A DNA stretch of 64,000 nucleotides, from the NCBI RefSeq assembly GCF_018350175.1, contig NC_058368.1, positions 87,050,001 to 87,114,000 of the forward strand, given 5' to 3'. The number at the start of each line of letters is the position of its first letter. The first letter of the stretch is position 1. Position numbers and translations under genes: made by a program. This DNA is from Felis catus. Lineage: Eukaryota. Below, one piece after another: positions 26,576 through 40,895 of the stretch. The notes beneath the pieces were generated by a model. The model saw only the letters and a program-made list of their open reading frames with translations, made no database searches and had not been told where the DNA came from.

Positions 26576-29500
26576 GGGGAGAAGCCAAAATGGCAGAACA
26601 GCATGGAAGGGTTTTTTTGCATCTTCCATCCATGAAATACAGCCAGATCAACACTAAACCATCCTGCACACTTAGAAAACTGATTTGGGAATAACACAAC
26701 AATCTGCACAATCTGGACCATAGAACTCAGCAGACAAAGGTGCCAGCAGATCCCAGAGAACAACCACATTTGCTGGTGCTGGAACAAGGTTATTAAGGGT
26801 GAAGCCTGGTGCCAGATGTGTGTTGTGATTTTTCATAATCCCTGAAATGATGTTGCTACACAATCGTGTGGACATTTTCTGGAGTGGGCTGGCATGCAGC
26901 CACAGTCTCTGGGCATTGGCAGCAGCACGGTCCAGCAGACTTTCCTGGGTGTGGCCAGCACCCAGCCATTGCTGGTGAGACCCTCCCGCAGAAGGTCTGA
27001 ACAGGACAAAGCCACAGTCTCTGAGAAGTGAGGGGTTGTGAAACATAGCTCCATCTGAGATAAAACTCAGGAGGGAGGTGCCATCTGGCAACCTGATGGC
27101 TTGGTCAAGGACAGTGTAAAAGTGGAGAGTGGACAGAAGCCGGAGACGAAGGACGCATGCACGATTGCTGACTAGGGACAACAGAGTTCTGATACTAGAG
27201 ACTGGGTGACGCCATTTTCACTCCTCCCGCACATGCACATCCAAACCTACAAATGTAACAGCAATCCACCCCAGTAATCCAAGCAGTGCCATCTAATGGA
27301 GAACAGAGCCTTTACTAAGCCCCACCCAACTGGGCCAACCTCACTCTTCAGGAATATCACAAGTCTCTCTGCCTGCTTAGTTTACGGACTATAAGTTACT
27401 TCATAATTTGACTTCTAGGGAAAAATTATATAATTTCAATTGTATGTCAGTCTGTTCACTGGTCCATCTATTCAATTTTCTTTTTTTTTTCCTTTCTTTT
27501 TCTCATATGCAGAAAGAGAAAGAATTTATTTTTATTTTCAATTTTTATTAAAATATTTATCTTTAATTTTTTTCTACTATATTTTTTACCTTCTTGTAAA
27601 ATTTTCAAATTCTATTTTAATTCCATCATTTCATTTTATTGTGTTTCATTGTGTTCTTTTTTTTCAAATTTTCAAACATTTTCCTTTTCTTTTCTTTTTC
27701 TTCTTTTTCTTTCCCCCCCCCCATTTCCAGATGGAGGAATTCCAAAAAGAAAGGCCAAGAAAATCACAGCTCAGAGACTTGCTCAAAACAGATATAAGCA
27801 ATATATCAAAAAAAATATTTAGAACAATAGTCATAAGACTACTAGCTGGGCTTGAAAAAAAGATAGACGACACAGAGAAACCCCTGCTGCAGAGATAAAA
27901 GATGTAAAAACTAGTCAGGTTGAAATAAAAAATGCTTTAAGTGAGATGCAAAACTGACTGGATGTACTCACAGCATGACTGAAGAAGCAGAGGAGAGAAT
28001 AGATGATATAGAAAATAAAAATCATGGAACATAATGAAGCTGAAAAGAAAGAGGAAAGAAAACATATCAAAATGTTAGACTTACAGAACTAAGAAACAAA
28101 ATAACATCATAGGTGTCCCAGAAGAAGAGGAGCGAGAAAAAGGAGCAGGTTGATTTCAACAAATTATAGCTGAGAACTTCCCTAATCTAGGGAAGGAAAT
28201 GGGAATTCACGTCAAAAAGGCACAGAAACTCACCTCAAAATCAATAAAAACAGGTCAACACCACAACATATCAGAATAAAACTTGTAAAATACAAATATA
28301 AAGAGAGAATTCTCAATGCAGCTAAGGACAAAAGGTTTTTAACCTACAAGGATAGATGCATAAAGATAGTAGCAGACCTGTCCACTGAAACTTGGCAGAC
28401 CAGAAGAGAGTGACAGGAGATATTCAGTGAGCTGAATGGGAGATATTCAGTGAGCTGAATGAAAAATTATTTATCCAGTAACGCTGTCATTCAGAATAGA
28501 ATGAGAGATAAAGAATTCCCCAAACAAAAAATCTAAAGGAGTTTATGTCCACTAAACTAGCCCTGCAACAAATTTTAAGAGAGACTCTTTGAGTGAAGAA
28601 TAAAAAGAAGACCAAAGTAACAAAGAATACAAAGGAAGAGAGAACACCAGAAACATCAACTCTATGGGTAACACAATGGCACTAAATTCATATCTTTCAA
28701 TAATCACTCTTAATTTAAATGGACTAAATATTCCAATTAGAGACATAGGGTATCAGAATGGATAGAAAAAACAAGATCCATCTCTATGCTGCCTACAAGA
28801 GACTCATTTTAGACCTAAAGACACCTGCAGATTGAAAATGAGGGGATGGAGAAATATCTATCACACAAAAAATAAGTCAAAAGAAAACTGGCGTAGCCAT
28901 ACTTATGTCAGACAAACTAGATTTTAAAACAAAGACTGTAACAAACGATGAAGAAGGGCAATATATCATAATTAAGGGGGTTGTCCAGAAAGATCTGTTA
29001 ATTCTAAGTATTTATGCCCCCAACTTAGAACACTCAAATATATAAATCAACTAATCACAAACATACAGAAACTAATTGGCAATAATACCATAATAGTAGG
29101 AGACTTTAACACCCCACTTATAGCAATGGACAGATCATCTAAGCATGAAATCAACAAGGAAACAATAGTTTTGAATGACACACTGGACCAGATGGACTTA
29201 GCAGATATATTCAGAACATTTCATGCTAAAGCAGCAGAATACACATTCTTCTAGAGTGCATATGGAATATTCTCCAGAATATATCACATACTTGGTAAAA
29301 AAAAATCAACCCTCAACTAGTTCAAAAATACAGAGATCACATCATGGATATTTTCAGACCACAACACTATGAAACTTGAAATCAACCACAAGAAAAAATT
29401 GGAAAAGCTTCACATATGTGGTGATTAAATAATATTCAACTAAAGAATGAGTATGTCAACCAGGAAATTAAAGAAGAAATAAAATAATACATGGAAACAA

Positions 29501-32443
29501 ATGAAAATGAAAACATGATAGTCCAAACCCTTTGGGAGGCAGCAAAGGCAGTCCTAAGAGGAAAATACATGGCAATTCAGGCCTAGCTCAAGGAGCAAGA
29601 AAGATCCCAAATACACAGTCTAACAGGAAAGGAGCATCAAATACAGCCTAGAGCCAGCAGAAGAAGCTAAATAATACAGGTTAGACCATGAAGAGACAAT
29701 ATATAACCAACAACAACAATAGCAACAACAACAGCAGCAACAACAGTAATAGAACAGAGCAATGAAAATAAATGATGACTTTCTGAAAGAATAAACAAAA
29801 TTGATAACACTCTAGCCAAACTTCTCAAAAAGGAAAAGAGGACCTAAAGATATAAAATCACAAATAAAATAAGAGAGATCACAACCGACACAATAGAAAT
29901 ACAAACAATTAAAAGAAAATAATATGAAAAATATATGCCAGAAAACTGGGCAATCTGGAAGAACTGGATACATTCCTAGAAACTTTCACACTACCTAATC
30001 TGAAACAGGAAGACATAGAAAATTTGGACAAGCCCATTACCAGTAGGGAAATTAAATCAGTTATCAAAATCTCCTCCAAAAATTACAGTGCTGGGCCAGA
30101 TGGTTTTCCAGGGGAATTCTCCCAAACATTTAAGAAAAGTTAGTACCTATTGTTCTCAAACTGTTCCAACAAATAGAAATGGAAAGAAAGCTTCCAAACT
30201 CATTATATGAAGCCAAAATTACCTTGATTCCAAAACAAGACAATGATCCCACTCAAAAGGAGAATTACAGGCCAATATCTCTGATGAGTCTGGATGCAAA
30301 TATCTGAACGAGATTTTATGAAAATTTAATTCTGCAGTACATTAAAAGAATTATTCACCATAATCAAGTGGTATTTCATCCTGGGCTGCAGGGATATTTT
30401 AATATTTGCAAATCAATTGTGATACACCACATTAATACAAGAAAGGATAACAACCATAAGATTCTCTCAATAGATGCAGAAAAAGCATTTCACAAAGTAC
30501 AGCATCTTTTCTTGATAAAAACCTTTAAGCAAGTAGGGATAGAAAGAAGATTCCTCAATATCATAAAGGCCATATAAGAAAGACCTAGAGAAAATATTAT
30601 TCTCAATGAGGAAAAAGTTAGAGCTTTCCCCCTAATATCAGGGGATGTCCATGTCCATCAGGGGATGGACATGACAGGTATGTCCACTGTCACCACTGTT
30701 GTTCAACATAGTGTTGGAAGTCCTAGACTGAGCAATCAGAGAACAAAAGAAATAAAAGGCATAAAAATTGGCTAAGAAGTCAAACTTTCAGTCTTCATAG
30801 ATGACATAATAGTCTACATGGCAACCCTCAAAGACTTCACCAAAAAACTACTATAACTGATATGTGAATTCAGTAAAGTTACTGGAAATAAAATTGTAAA
30901 TACAGTAAAGTTACTGGATATACATTGGTACAGAAGTCAGTTGTATTTCTATACACCAATACTGAAGCAGCAGATATAGAAATCAAGGAATCAATTCTGT
31001 TTACAATTGCACTAGAAATAAGAATATACCTAGGAATAAACGTAACCAAAGTACGCTGAAAACTATGGAAAGCTAATGAAGGAAATCAAGGAAGACACAA
31101 AGAAATGGAAAAACATTCCATGCTCAAGGAGTGGAAGAACAAATATTGTTACAATGTTGATACTACCCAAAGAAATATACACATTCAAACAATCCTTATC
31201 AAAATAACACCAGCATTCTTCACAGAGCTAGAACAAACACTAATAAAATTTGTATGGAACCAGAAAAGTACCTGAATAGCCAAAATAATTTTTGAAAAAG
31301 AAAACCAAAGCTGGAGCCATCACAATTCCAGACTTCAAGTTGTATTACAAAGCTGTAATCATGAAGACAGTATGATACTGGAACAAAAAAAACAGACATA
31401 TAGATCAATGGAACAGAATAGACAACCCAGAAATGGACCCACAAATGTATGGCCAACTAATCTTTGACAAAGCAGGAGAGAGTATCCAGTGGAAAAAAAA
31501 AACAGTTTTTTCAGCAAATGGTGTTGGAAAAACTGGACAGTGACATGTAGAAGAATAAAAATGGACTGCTTTCTTACACCATACACAAAAATACATTTAA
31601 AGATGAAAGAACTAAATGTAAGACAGAAAACCAACAAAATCCTACAAGAGAAATTAGGCAGCAATCTCTTTGAGTTTGGCTGCAGCAACTTTTTATTAGA
31701 CATATCTCTGGAAGCATGGGAAATGAAAGCAAAAATGAAACATTGGGACCTCATCAAGAGAAAATCTTCTGCCCAAAGAAGGAAACAATCAACAAAACTA
31801 AAAGGCAACCAACGGAATGGGATAAGATACTTGTAAATGACATATCAGATAAAGGGTTAGTATCCAAAATCCATAAAGAACTTATCAGACTCAACAACCA
31901 AAAAACAAATAACCCAGTTAAGAGATGGGAAGAAGACATAAATAGACACTTTTCCAAAGAAGACATCCAGATGGCTAACAGATACATAAAAGATGCTCAA
32001 CATCACTCATCATCAGAGAAATACAAATGAAAACCTCATTGAGATACCACTGCATACCTGTCAGATTGGCTAAAATTAACAACATAAGAAACAGGTTTTG
32101 GTGAGTATGTGGAAAAAGGGGAACTCCTTTCACTTTTGGTGGGAATGCAAACTGATGTAGCCTTTCTTGAGAACAGTATGGAGATTCCTCAAAAAGTTAA
32201 AGATAGAACTACCTCACAATCTGGCAATTCCACTACTACATATATACCCATAGTATACAGAAATAGATTTGAAATAGTACATGTTCCCTGATGTCTATTA
32301 GCAGCATTATAAACAATAGCTAAACTATGGAGAGAGCCTGAATGTCCATGGGCTGATGAATTGATAAAGATGTGGTATATATATATATATATATATATAT
32401 AGGCACAATGGGTATTGCTCAGCCATCAAAAAGAATGAAATCT
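26576..32443 (+). mobile_element. Near-full-length decayed carnivore LINE-1 (5'UTR, ORF1, ORF2; 3'UTR missing)
   Basis: 5' start ggggagaagccaaaatggc; ORF1 about 27730-28590; ORF2 ATG at 28676 with EN start (ttaatttaaatggactaaat); RT F-x-D-D as TTC ATA GAT GAC at 30794; many stops. Confidence 0.93.
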
Positions 32444-32595
32444 CCTTTGTGATGCAGTATGTAATCTATTGTGGAGAATGTTCCATGTGTACTCAAGAAG
32501 AATGTGTATTCTGATGCTTTAAGGTGAAATGCTCTGAATATCTGTTAAGTCCATCTCATCAGATGTGCCATTCAAAGCTATTGATTACTTGTTTA
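32444..32595 (-). mobile_element. Inverted L1 ORF2 endonuclease fragment
   Basis: Reverse of gacttaacagatattcagagcatttcacc...gaatacacattcttc. Confidence 0.85.
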
Positions 32596-32716
32596 CCTGG
32601 GTGGGTGGCAGTGCTCCTGGAAATGAGAGGAAGTCTGGGAGCGTACAGCAGCTAGCAAGGTGTGGGGATCCCCTGAGATGCACAATATATTATTCATATA
32701 TATTATTAATCACTGT

Positions 32717-32928
32717 GGGAGCACCTGGGTGGCTCAGTTGGTTAAGTGTACAACTCTTGGTTTCAGCTCAGGTAATAATCTCAGTTTGTGAGTTCAAGCC
32801 CCACATCAGGCTCTGTGCTGGCAGCATGGAGCCTGCTTGAGAGTCTGTCTGTCACTCTCTCTCTCTCTCTTCCCCACTCCTCTCGCCCCCCTCTGTCTCA
32901 AAATAAATCAATGAACAATTTAAAAAAA
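32717..32928 (+). mobile_element. Can-SINE in L1
   Basis: TSD taatcact(g/c)tg. Confidence 0.92.
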
Positions 32929-33760
32929 TAATCACTCTGAATGTAAACAGACTAAATTCTCTAATCAAAAGACATAGGGTATCAGCATGGATGAAAAAAA
33001 AAAGATGCATCTATATACTGCCTACAAGAGACTCACTTTACACCTTAAGATACCTGAAGATTGAAAGCGAAGGGATGCAGAACAATCTACTTTGCTAATG
33101 TACGTCAAAAGAAAGCTGGAGTAGCCATACTTATATGAGACAAACTAGATTTTAAAACAAAGTGTAACAAGAGATGATGAAGGGCACTATATCATAATTA
33201 AGGGGTCTGCCCAAAAAGATCTAACAATCGTAAATATTTATGCTCCAGATTTGATAAACCTAAGTATTAAATCAATTAAAGACAAACATAAATAAACTCA
33301 TTGATAATAACACAATAATAGTAGGGGACTTTACCACCTCACTTACATCAATGAACAGATCATCTTAACAGAAAACCAACAAGGAAACGGTGACTTTGAA
33401 TTACTCACTGGACCTGATGGACTTCACAGATATAGTCAGAACATTTCATCCTAAAGCAGCAGAATGCACATTCTTTTTTAGTAAATCAATGAATAAATTA
33501 AAAAAAATACATGGAAATAAATGAAAATGAAAACACAATAGTCCAATACTTTGGGGACATAGTAATATTGTCTTAAGAGGAAGTACATTGTAATACAAGC
33601 CTACCTTAAGAAGCAAGAAAAACCTCAAAGAAATAATCTAACATTACACCTAAAAGAGTTATAAAGAACAGAAAACAATGCTTAAAGCCAGCAGAAAGCA
33701 GAAAATCATAAAGATTATAGCAGATATATATATATAGTATATATAATAAATGTGATATAT

Positions 33761-33872
33761 GCTCTGAGCTGACACCAAGAGCCTGTCTGGGATTCTTTGT
33801 CTCTCTGTCTCTGCCCCACTTGTGCTCTCTCTTTCTCAAAATAAATAAATAAACTTAAAAAAATAAAAAATA
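33761..33872 (+). mobile_element. 3' half of a Can-SINE
   Basis: Begins gctctgagctgaca; head absent. Confidence 0.8.
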
Positions 33873-34315
33873 AAAATCTTCTGCACAATGAAGGAAATAA
33901 TCAAGAAAATGAAAAGGCAACCTATAGAATGGGAGAAAATATTTGCAAATGACATATTTCATAAAAGGTTAGTATCCAAAATAAAAAAAAGAATTTATAT
34001 AACTCAAAATCCCCCAAATTTATAATGCAATTAGTAAAATTGGCAGAAGAGCTGAATGGACATTTTTCCAAAGAAAACATCAAACGAGACACATGAAAAG
34101 ATGGTCAATATCACTCATCATCAGGGAAATACAAATCAAACTCCAATGAGATATCATCTAACACCTGTCAGATTGGCTAAAATCAACAACACAAGAAACA
34201 ACAAGTTTTGGTGATGTTGTGGAAAAGGGGAATCCTCTTGAACTGTTGGTGGGAATGCAAATTTGTGCAGGCACTCTGGAAAACAGTATGAACATTCTTC
34301 AAAAAGTTAAAAGTA

Positions 34316-34438
34316 GGGGCACCTGAGTGCCTCAGTCAGGTAAGCATCTGACTCTTGATTTCAGCTCAGGTCATGGTCTCATGGTTTGTGAGTTTGAGCC
34401 TGTATCAGCTCTGTGATGACAGTGTGGAGTCTGCTTGG

Positions 34439-34493
<55 letters not shown>

Positions 34494-34535
34494 GAATCTC
34501 TCTCTAAAAATAAATAAATGACCTTAACAAAAAGA
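34316..34535 (+). mobile_element. Can-SINE
   Basis: Head, long (CT)n. Confidence 0.92.
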
Positions 34536-34569
34536 AGAAAACTGGTCACTAATTTTTTTCTTGGTGTTT

Positions 34570-37500
34570 GCTTTTTTTTTTTAGTTTGCATACAATGTTT
34601 TATTAGTTTCAGGTACACAATATAGTCATTCAACAATTTCAAATAAAGCAAAACAACAAACAACAATTTCATACATTACCCAGTGGTCAACTACATGCAA
34701 AAGAAAGAAATCAGGCCACTTTCTTACAACATACACAACAATGATCTTTTAATTCTTTGAGAAACCTCCATATTGTTTTCCACTATGACTATACCAATTA
34801 ACATTCCAATCAACAATGCATAAGGGCTACTTTTTTCTCCGTATCCTTATCAAAACTTCTTATCGTCTTCTTGCTCTAGCCAGTCTGACTAGTGTAAGGT
34901 GATATCTCATTGTGGTTTGATTTGCATTTCCATAATGATTAGTAATGTTGAGCATCATTTCATGTGTCTCTTGACCATCTGCATATCTGTATTAGAAAAA
35001 TGGCTATTTAGGTACTCTGTCCAGTTTTTAATTGGATTATTTATTTAGGTGTGTGTGTTGAGTTGTATAAGCTCTTTATATATTTTGGATATTAACCCCT
35101 TATCAGATATATCATTTACAAATATCTTTTCCTATTTAGTAAGCTGCCTTGTCATTATGTTGATTACTTTCTTCACTGTACAAAAAATTTTTATTTTGGC
35201 GTTGTCCCAATTGTTAATTTTTGCTTTTATTCCTCTTACCTGAAGAGACATAACTCAAAAAATGTTTCCATGGCTGATGTCAAGGAAATTACTATGCTTT
35301 CCTATAGGATTTTTTATAGTGTCAGGTCTCCCATTTGTCTTTAATCCATTTTGCAATTATTTTTGTGTGTGGTGTAAAAACTGATCCAGTTTCATTCTTT
35401 TATGTGTAACTATCCAGTTTTTCTAGCACCATTTATTGAAGAGAAAGTCCTAATCCATTGTATATCCTTTTTTCATTTGTCATATATTAATTGAATATAT
35501 AAGTGTGGGTTTATTTCTGGACTCTCTATTCTGTTCCTTTGATCCATGCGTCTATTTCTTTGCACTATGATACTATTTTGATTACCACAGTTTCGTAGTA
35601 TATCTGAAAACCCATGATTGTGATACCTCCAGCTATGTTCTTTATTAAGATTGTTCTGGTTATTTGGGAACTTTTTAGTTATTTACAAATTTTAGTATTA
35701 TTTTTTTTAGTTCTGTAAAAAATGCTATTGGCATTTTGAGAAGTGTTGCATTGAATCTGGCAATTTGGTAGTGTGGACATTTTGACAATATTAATTCATC
35801 CAATCCATGAGTATGGTATGTCTTTTCATTCACTTCTGTTATCTTCAATTTCTTTTATCAATGTCATAAGGTTTTCATAGTACAAATCTTTCATCTCCTT
35901 GTTAAGTTTATTCCTAGATATTTTGTTACTTTTGGTGCAATAGTGAATGGAATTGTTTTCTCAATTTCTCTTTTTGCTACTTCATTATTAGTGCATAGAA
36001 ACACAGTCAATTTCTGTGTATTGCTTTTGTATCCTGAGACTTTACTGAATTCATTTGTTAATTCTAATCATTTTTGGTGGGATTCTTTAGAATTTGATAT
36101 GTATAGTATCATGTCATCTACCAATACTGAAAGTTTAAATTCTTCTTATGGTTTGGATGCCTTTTATTTATTTTTTTCTTGTCTGATTGCTGCAGAAAGG
36201 ACTTCTAGTACTTTGTTGAATAAGTTGGTGAGAGTGGATATCCTTGTCTTCTTCCTGATCCTAAAGAAAAACTCAGTTTTTACCTTTGAGAATGATGTTA
36301 GCTGTGGATTTTTCATATATGGCCTTTATTATGTTGAGGTATGTTCTCTCTAAACCCACTTTCTTGAGAGTTTTTATTATAAAAGTATGTTGAATTTTGC
36401 CACATGCTTTCCCTTCATCAATTGAAGTGATTGTATTACTTTTTCCCTTATTTTTTCAATGTAGTGTATCATGTTGATTCATCTGCAAATATTGAGCCAC
36501 CCTTGCAACCTAGTTACTTGATCATGGTGAATAATCATTTTAATGTATGGTTGAATTCTATTTACTAATACTTTGCTCAGTATTTTTGCATCTATGGCCA
36601 TACTGGGACTAATATGGCCTGTATATACAGGGATATTGGCCTATAGCTTTCTTTTTCTCTAGTGTCTCTGTGGTTTTGATATGAGGCTAATTACTGGACT
36701 TGTAGAATATACTTGGAAGCTTTTATAAGTCTTCTAGATTTTTTTATAGTTTAAAGAGAATACATATTAACTGTTCTCTAAATGTTTGATAAAATTCACC
36801 AGTGAAACCATCTGGTCCTAGACTTTTTTGTTGGGTATTATTATTATTATTACTATTACTGATTCAATTCATTAGTATAATTGGTCTGTTCAGAATTTCT
36901 AATTCTCTTTGATTAAGTTTTGGAAAATTATACATTTCTAGAAACTTATTCTCCTGAGTTGTCTAATTTTTTTGCATATAATTTTCCATACTAGTCTTGT
37001 AATCTGTATTTCATTGGTGTCAATTGTTACTTCTTTTCTTTTGTTTCTGATTTTACTTATTGAGTCCTCTATGTTTTGTTTTGTTTTGTTTTTCCTTCAT
37101 GACTCTGGCTAAAGGTTTATCAACTTTGTTTATCTTTTCAAAGAAAAAGCTCTTGATTTCAGTGATCTTTTCCATTAAAAAATTATTATTTTTTAGAAAG
37201 AGAGACAGAAAGACAGCGCATGAGTGGGGTAGGGACACAGAGAGAGGAAGACACAGAATTCAAAGCAGGATCCAGGCTCTGAGCTGTCAGCACAGAGCCT
37301 GACACAGGACTCAAACCCATGAACTGTGAGATCATGATCTGAGCCAAAGTAGAACACTTAGCCTACTGAGCCACCCAGTGCCCCTTCTATTGTTTTTTAG
37401 TCTCTATTTCATTTATTTCTTCTTTCATCTTTATTACATCCTTCTACAAACCTTGGCTTTGTTCTTTTTTTAGTCTTTTAGGTGTAAGATGTAATATTTT

Positions 37501-38125
37501 TCTTGTTTATTGAGGTAAGCCTGAGTTGTTATAAATTTCCCTCATAGGACTGCTTTTGTTGAGTCCCCAAAATTTAGGACCCTTGTCTTCTCATGGTCAT
37601 TGTTTGCATGTATTTTTTAAAATTTTCTCTTTGGTTTCTTTATTAACTCATTTGTTGTTTATTTGCATGATGTTTCCTCTTCACATATTTGGAGTTTCTT
37701 TTCCATTTTTTTTTCTTTTGATTGATTAGTTTTATAGTGCTGTGATTGGAAAAGATACACTAAATGATTTCAGTCTTCTTGAACTTACTGAGACTTGTTT
37801 TGTGGCCTAACATGTGACCTACGAGAATATTCAATATGCTCTAAAAAAGAATGTGTATTTTATTGTTTTTGGATGGAGTATTCTGTATATATCTGTCATG
37901 TCCATCTGGTCTAATGTGTCATTCAAAGGCAGTTTATTGATATTCTGCCAAGGTGATATATCCATTACTATAAGTGGGGTACTGAAGCCCCTTACTTTAC
38001 TATATTACTGTCAAATTTTCCTTTTATGCCTGTGAATATTTTTAAATGTATTTATGTGTGCCATTGTTGGGTACATAGATATTTACAAGTATTATATCCT
38101 CTTCTTGGATTTATTCCTTATTGTT
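34570..38125 (-). mobile_element. Decayed LINE-1 ORF2 (with a short L1 3' end at 34570-34685)
   Basis: Reverse ORF2 words (gatatctcattgtggtttgatttgcatttcc; aagaatgtgtatt; aagcccct). Confidence 0.9.
37175..37384 (-). mobile_element. Can-SINE in L1
   Basis: Reverse head ctgagccacccagtgcccc. Confidence 0.92.
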
Positions 38126-39680
38126 ACATAACAAGACAGCAAGCAGGTGAGGGGCAGAGGGACAGGGAGAGAGAGAATATCTTAAGCATTTGCTACCTAT
38201 TCTTCTAGCACTGTGTCACACCCACAAGTTATCCTAGGGACTCAACCACTCCAAGCCAGATACTTTGGGCACTGGGCTGAGGACAAATTTTGTTAAATCC
38301 ATGCACATAACCCAGCTTCCAGGTGCACAGACATCAACACATGCCACTCCCAGACTCATGCACCAGGTAATCTAGTGTTCAGCCTCCAGCCACTGCAGCA
38401 CAGCAGGAGATCCAGTAGAGGACTAGTGGCCCAATGCAAGCTTTGCTAACACTGATGACTTGCTCCGAGGTTCCCCAGCAGGCACACCTTTAGGCACACC
38501 CTAAGAGTTGGCATGCCTGGGTCCCACTAATATCACAAAGAGAAAACAGAACCTGAAACAGGGGAAAAGTAAGTGCAGATGACTGCGCTGAAAGGAAAAG
38601 TGACTCAGACACAACTGTAGGGCATAAGGAACACACATAGGATACCTCCTGAATTTCCAGTTTCTGGTGACAGGACACATGGTAATGGAGGGCATTCCAG
38701 AACCCCTTCTTCCTAAAATCACTCTTTTCAAGAGCAGAAGACATAGCTGACTTTATTAACACAAACAGATATAGAGAGATAGACAAAATGAGTAGAGAGA
38801 GAAAATTATCCTAAATTAAAGAACAGGACAAGGCCCTGGTCAGAGATCTAAGCAAAACAGATATAAGTAACAAGCTTGACAGAGAATTTAAAGCAATGAT
38901 CATCAGGATACTCAATGGACTTGAGAAGAGTAGAAGACATGAGTGAGATACTTAACACAGAGATAGAGGGCTCACAAAACAAAATGAAAGACACGCTTGA
39001 TGGAATGAACACTAGGTTGAAATAATTTAGTGGCCTAGAAGATAGAGTACTGGATAGTAATCAAGCTGAAAAAAAGAGAGAGAAAAGAACTATTCAAAAC
39101 TTAGGGAATTAAGTGACTCCACCAAATGTAATAACATTCATATTATAGGAGTCCCAGAAGAAGAGCGAGAAAAGGAGGAAGAAAATTTATTTGAGTAATA
39201 TGTGAAAACTTCCATAATCTGAGGAAGGAAACATATATCCAGATCCAAGGGGCACAGAGAACTCCCATCAAAATCAACAAAAGCATACCTATACCAAGAT
39301 ATATTAAATTGCCAAAATATAGAGATAAATCAAAATTTAAAAGAAGCAAGACAAAAGAAAATAGGAGCTTATAAGAGAAAACCATTAAGGCTAGCTGGAG
39401 ATTTCTCAACACAAGATTTGTAAGTCAGAAGGGAATGACATGATGTATTCAAAGTGCTGAATGCGAAAAAATTTGCAGCCAAGAAAACTCTATCCAGCAA
39501 GCCTATTATTCAGAACAGGAGAGATAAAGAGTTTCCCAGACAAAGAAAAACTAAAGAAGTTCATGAGCACTAAACCAGCCTTGCAAGAAATATTAAAGGC
39601 GACTCTGAGTGGAAAAGAGAGGACAAAAGTGACAGTATAAAGTTAGGAAACAAAAAAACAGTCAAAATAAATACTTCTGT

Positions 39681-39897
39681 GGGGTACCTGGGTGGTTCTG
39701 TTGGTTAAGCATCCGACTTTGGCTCAGGTCATGATCTCGGGTTTTGTGAGTTCGAGCCCCACGTTGGGCTCTGTGCTGACAGCTTAGAGCCTGGAGCCTG
39801 CTTTGGATTCTGTGTCTCCCCATCTCTCAGCCCCCCCTCTGCTCATGCTCTGTCTCTCTCTGTCTCTCAATAACAAACAAATGTTAAAAAAAAATTT
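39681..39897 (+). mobile_element. Can-SINE in L1
   Basis: TSD aaatacttctgt on both sides. Confidence 0.94.
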
Positions 39898-40841
39898 AAA
39901 TACTTCTGTAAAAAATAAGTGAAAAACTGACAAAATAAAATGATATAAAATAAATAAAAATAAAAATACAAGGATATAAAATACAGTAATACATAAAATG
40001 TGGGAAGAGGAAGAGTAAAGAATGGGTTCCACTTAAATTACCATCAATTTAACGTAGACTGATATAGACAGAAGAGTTTATATGCAAACCTAATGATAAC
40101 CATATATTGAAAAACACCAAATAATATGCAAAGAATAAAGAGAAACAAGTCAAAATATATCACCAAAGACAATCAGCAAAATATGAAAGAGAGAAAAACA
40201 AGAAAGGATCTGGGAAAATCTTCAGAAAAAAACACAAAACAAATAATAAAATGACAATAATTACATATCTGTCAATAATTACTTTGAATGTAAAAGGACT
40301 AAACACTCCAAACAAAAGACATAAGGTGATAAAATGAATTTTAAAAAGAAAGCAAGACACATCTGCATGCTGCCCACAAGAGACTCATTTTAGACCTAAA
40401 CACACATGCAGATTGGAAATGATGGAATGGGGAAACACTTATCATAAAAATACATGTAAAAAGTAAGTCAGAGTAGCAATACTTATATTGGACAAAATTA
40501 GACTTTAAAACAAAGACTGTAACAAGATACAAAGAAGGGGAGTATAAAGTTAAAAAAAAAAAAAGGTAATCCAACAAGAAGATTATTGTAAATACTACAA
40601 CATAGAACTAACATAGAAGCACTCAAATACATAAGACAGTTAATAACAAACTTAAAGGAATGAATCGGTAATAAAGCAATAACAGTAAGGGACTTTAACA
40701 CCCCACTTACATCAATGGATAGATCATCTATACATAAAGTTAACAAGGAAACAATGGGTTTGAGTGACAAACTGGACTAGAGGACTTAACAGATATATTC
40801 AGAAAATTCCATCCCAAAGCAGCAGAATACACATTTTTTTC

Positions 40842-40856
40842 TTTTTCTTTTTTTTT

Positions 40857-40895
<39 letters not shown>

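Larger units (their letters stand above)
32678..34315 (+). mobile_element. L1 ORF2 with large internal deletions
   Basis: Starts near the ORF2 N-terminus, jumps at about 33480 and 33725-33873, ends in the ORF2 C-terminal region. Confidence 0.85.

Noticed and set aside
26576..32443. Active L1
   Set aside because: Numerous stops and frameshifts in ORF1/ORF2 and no 3' end.
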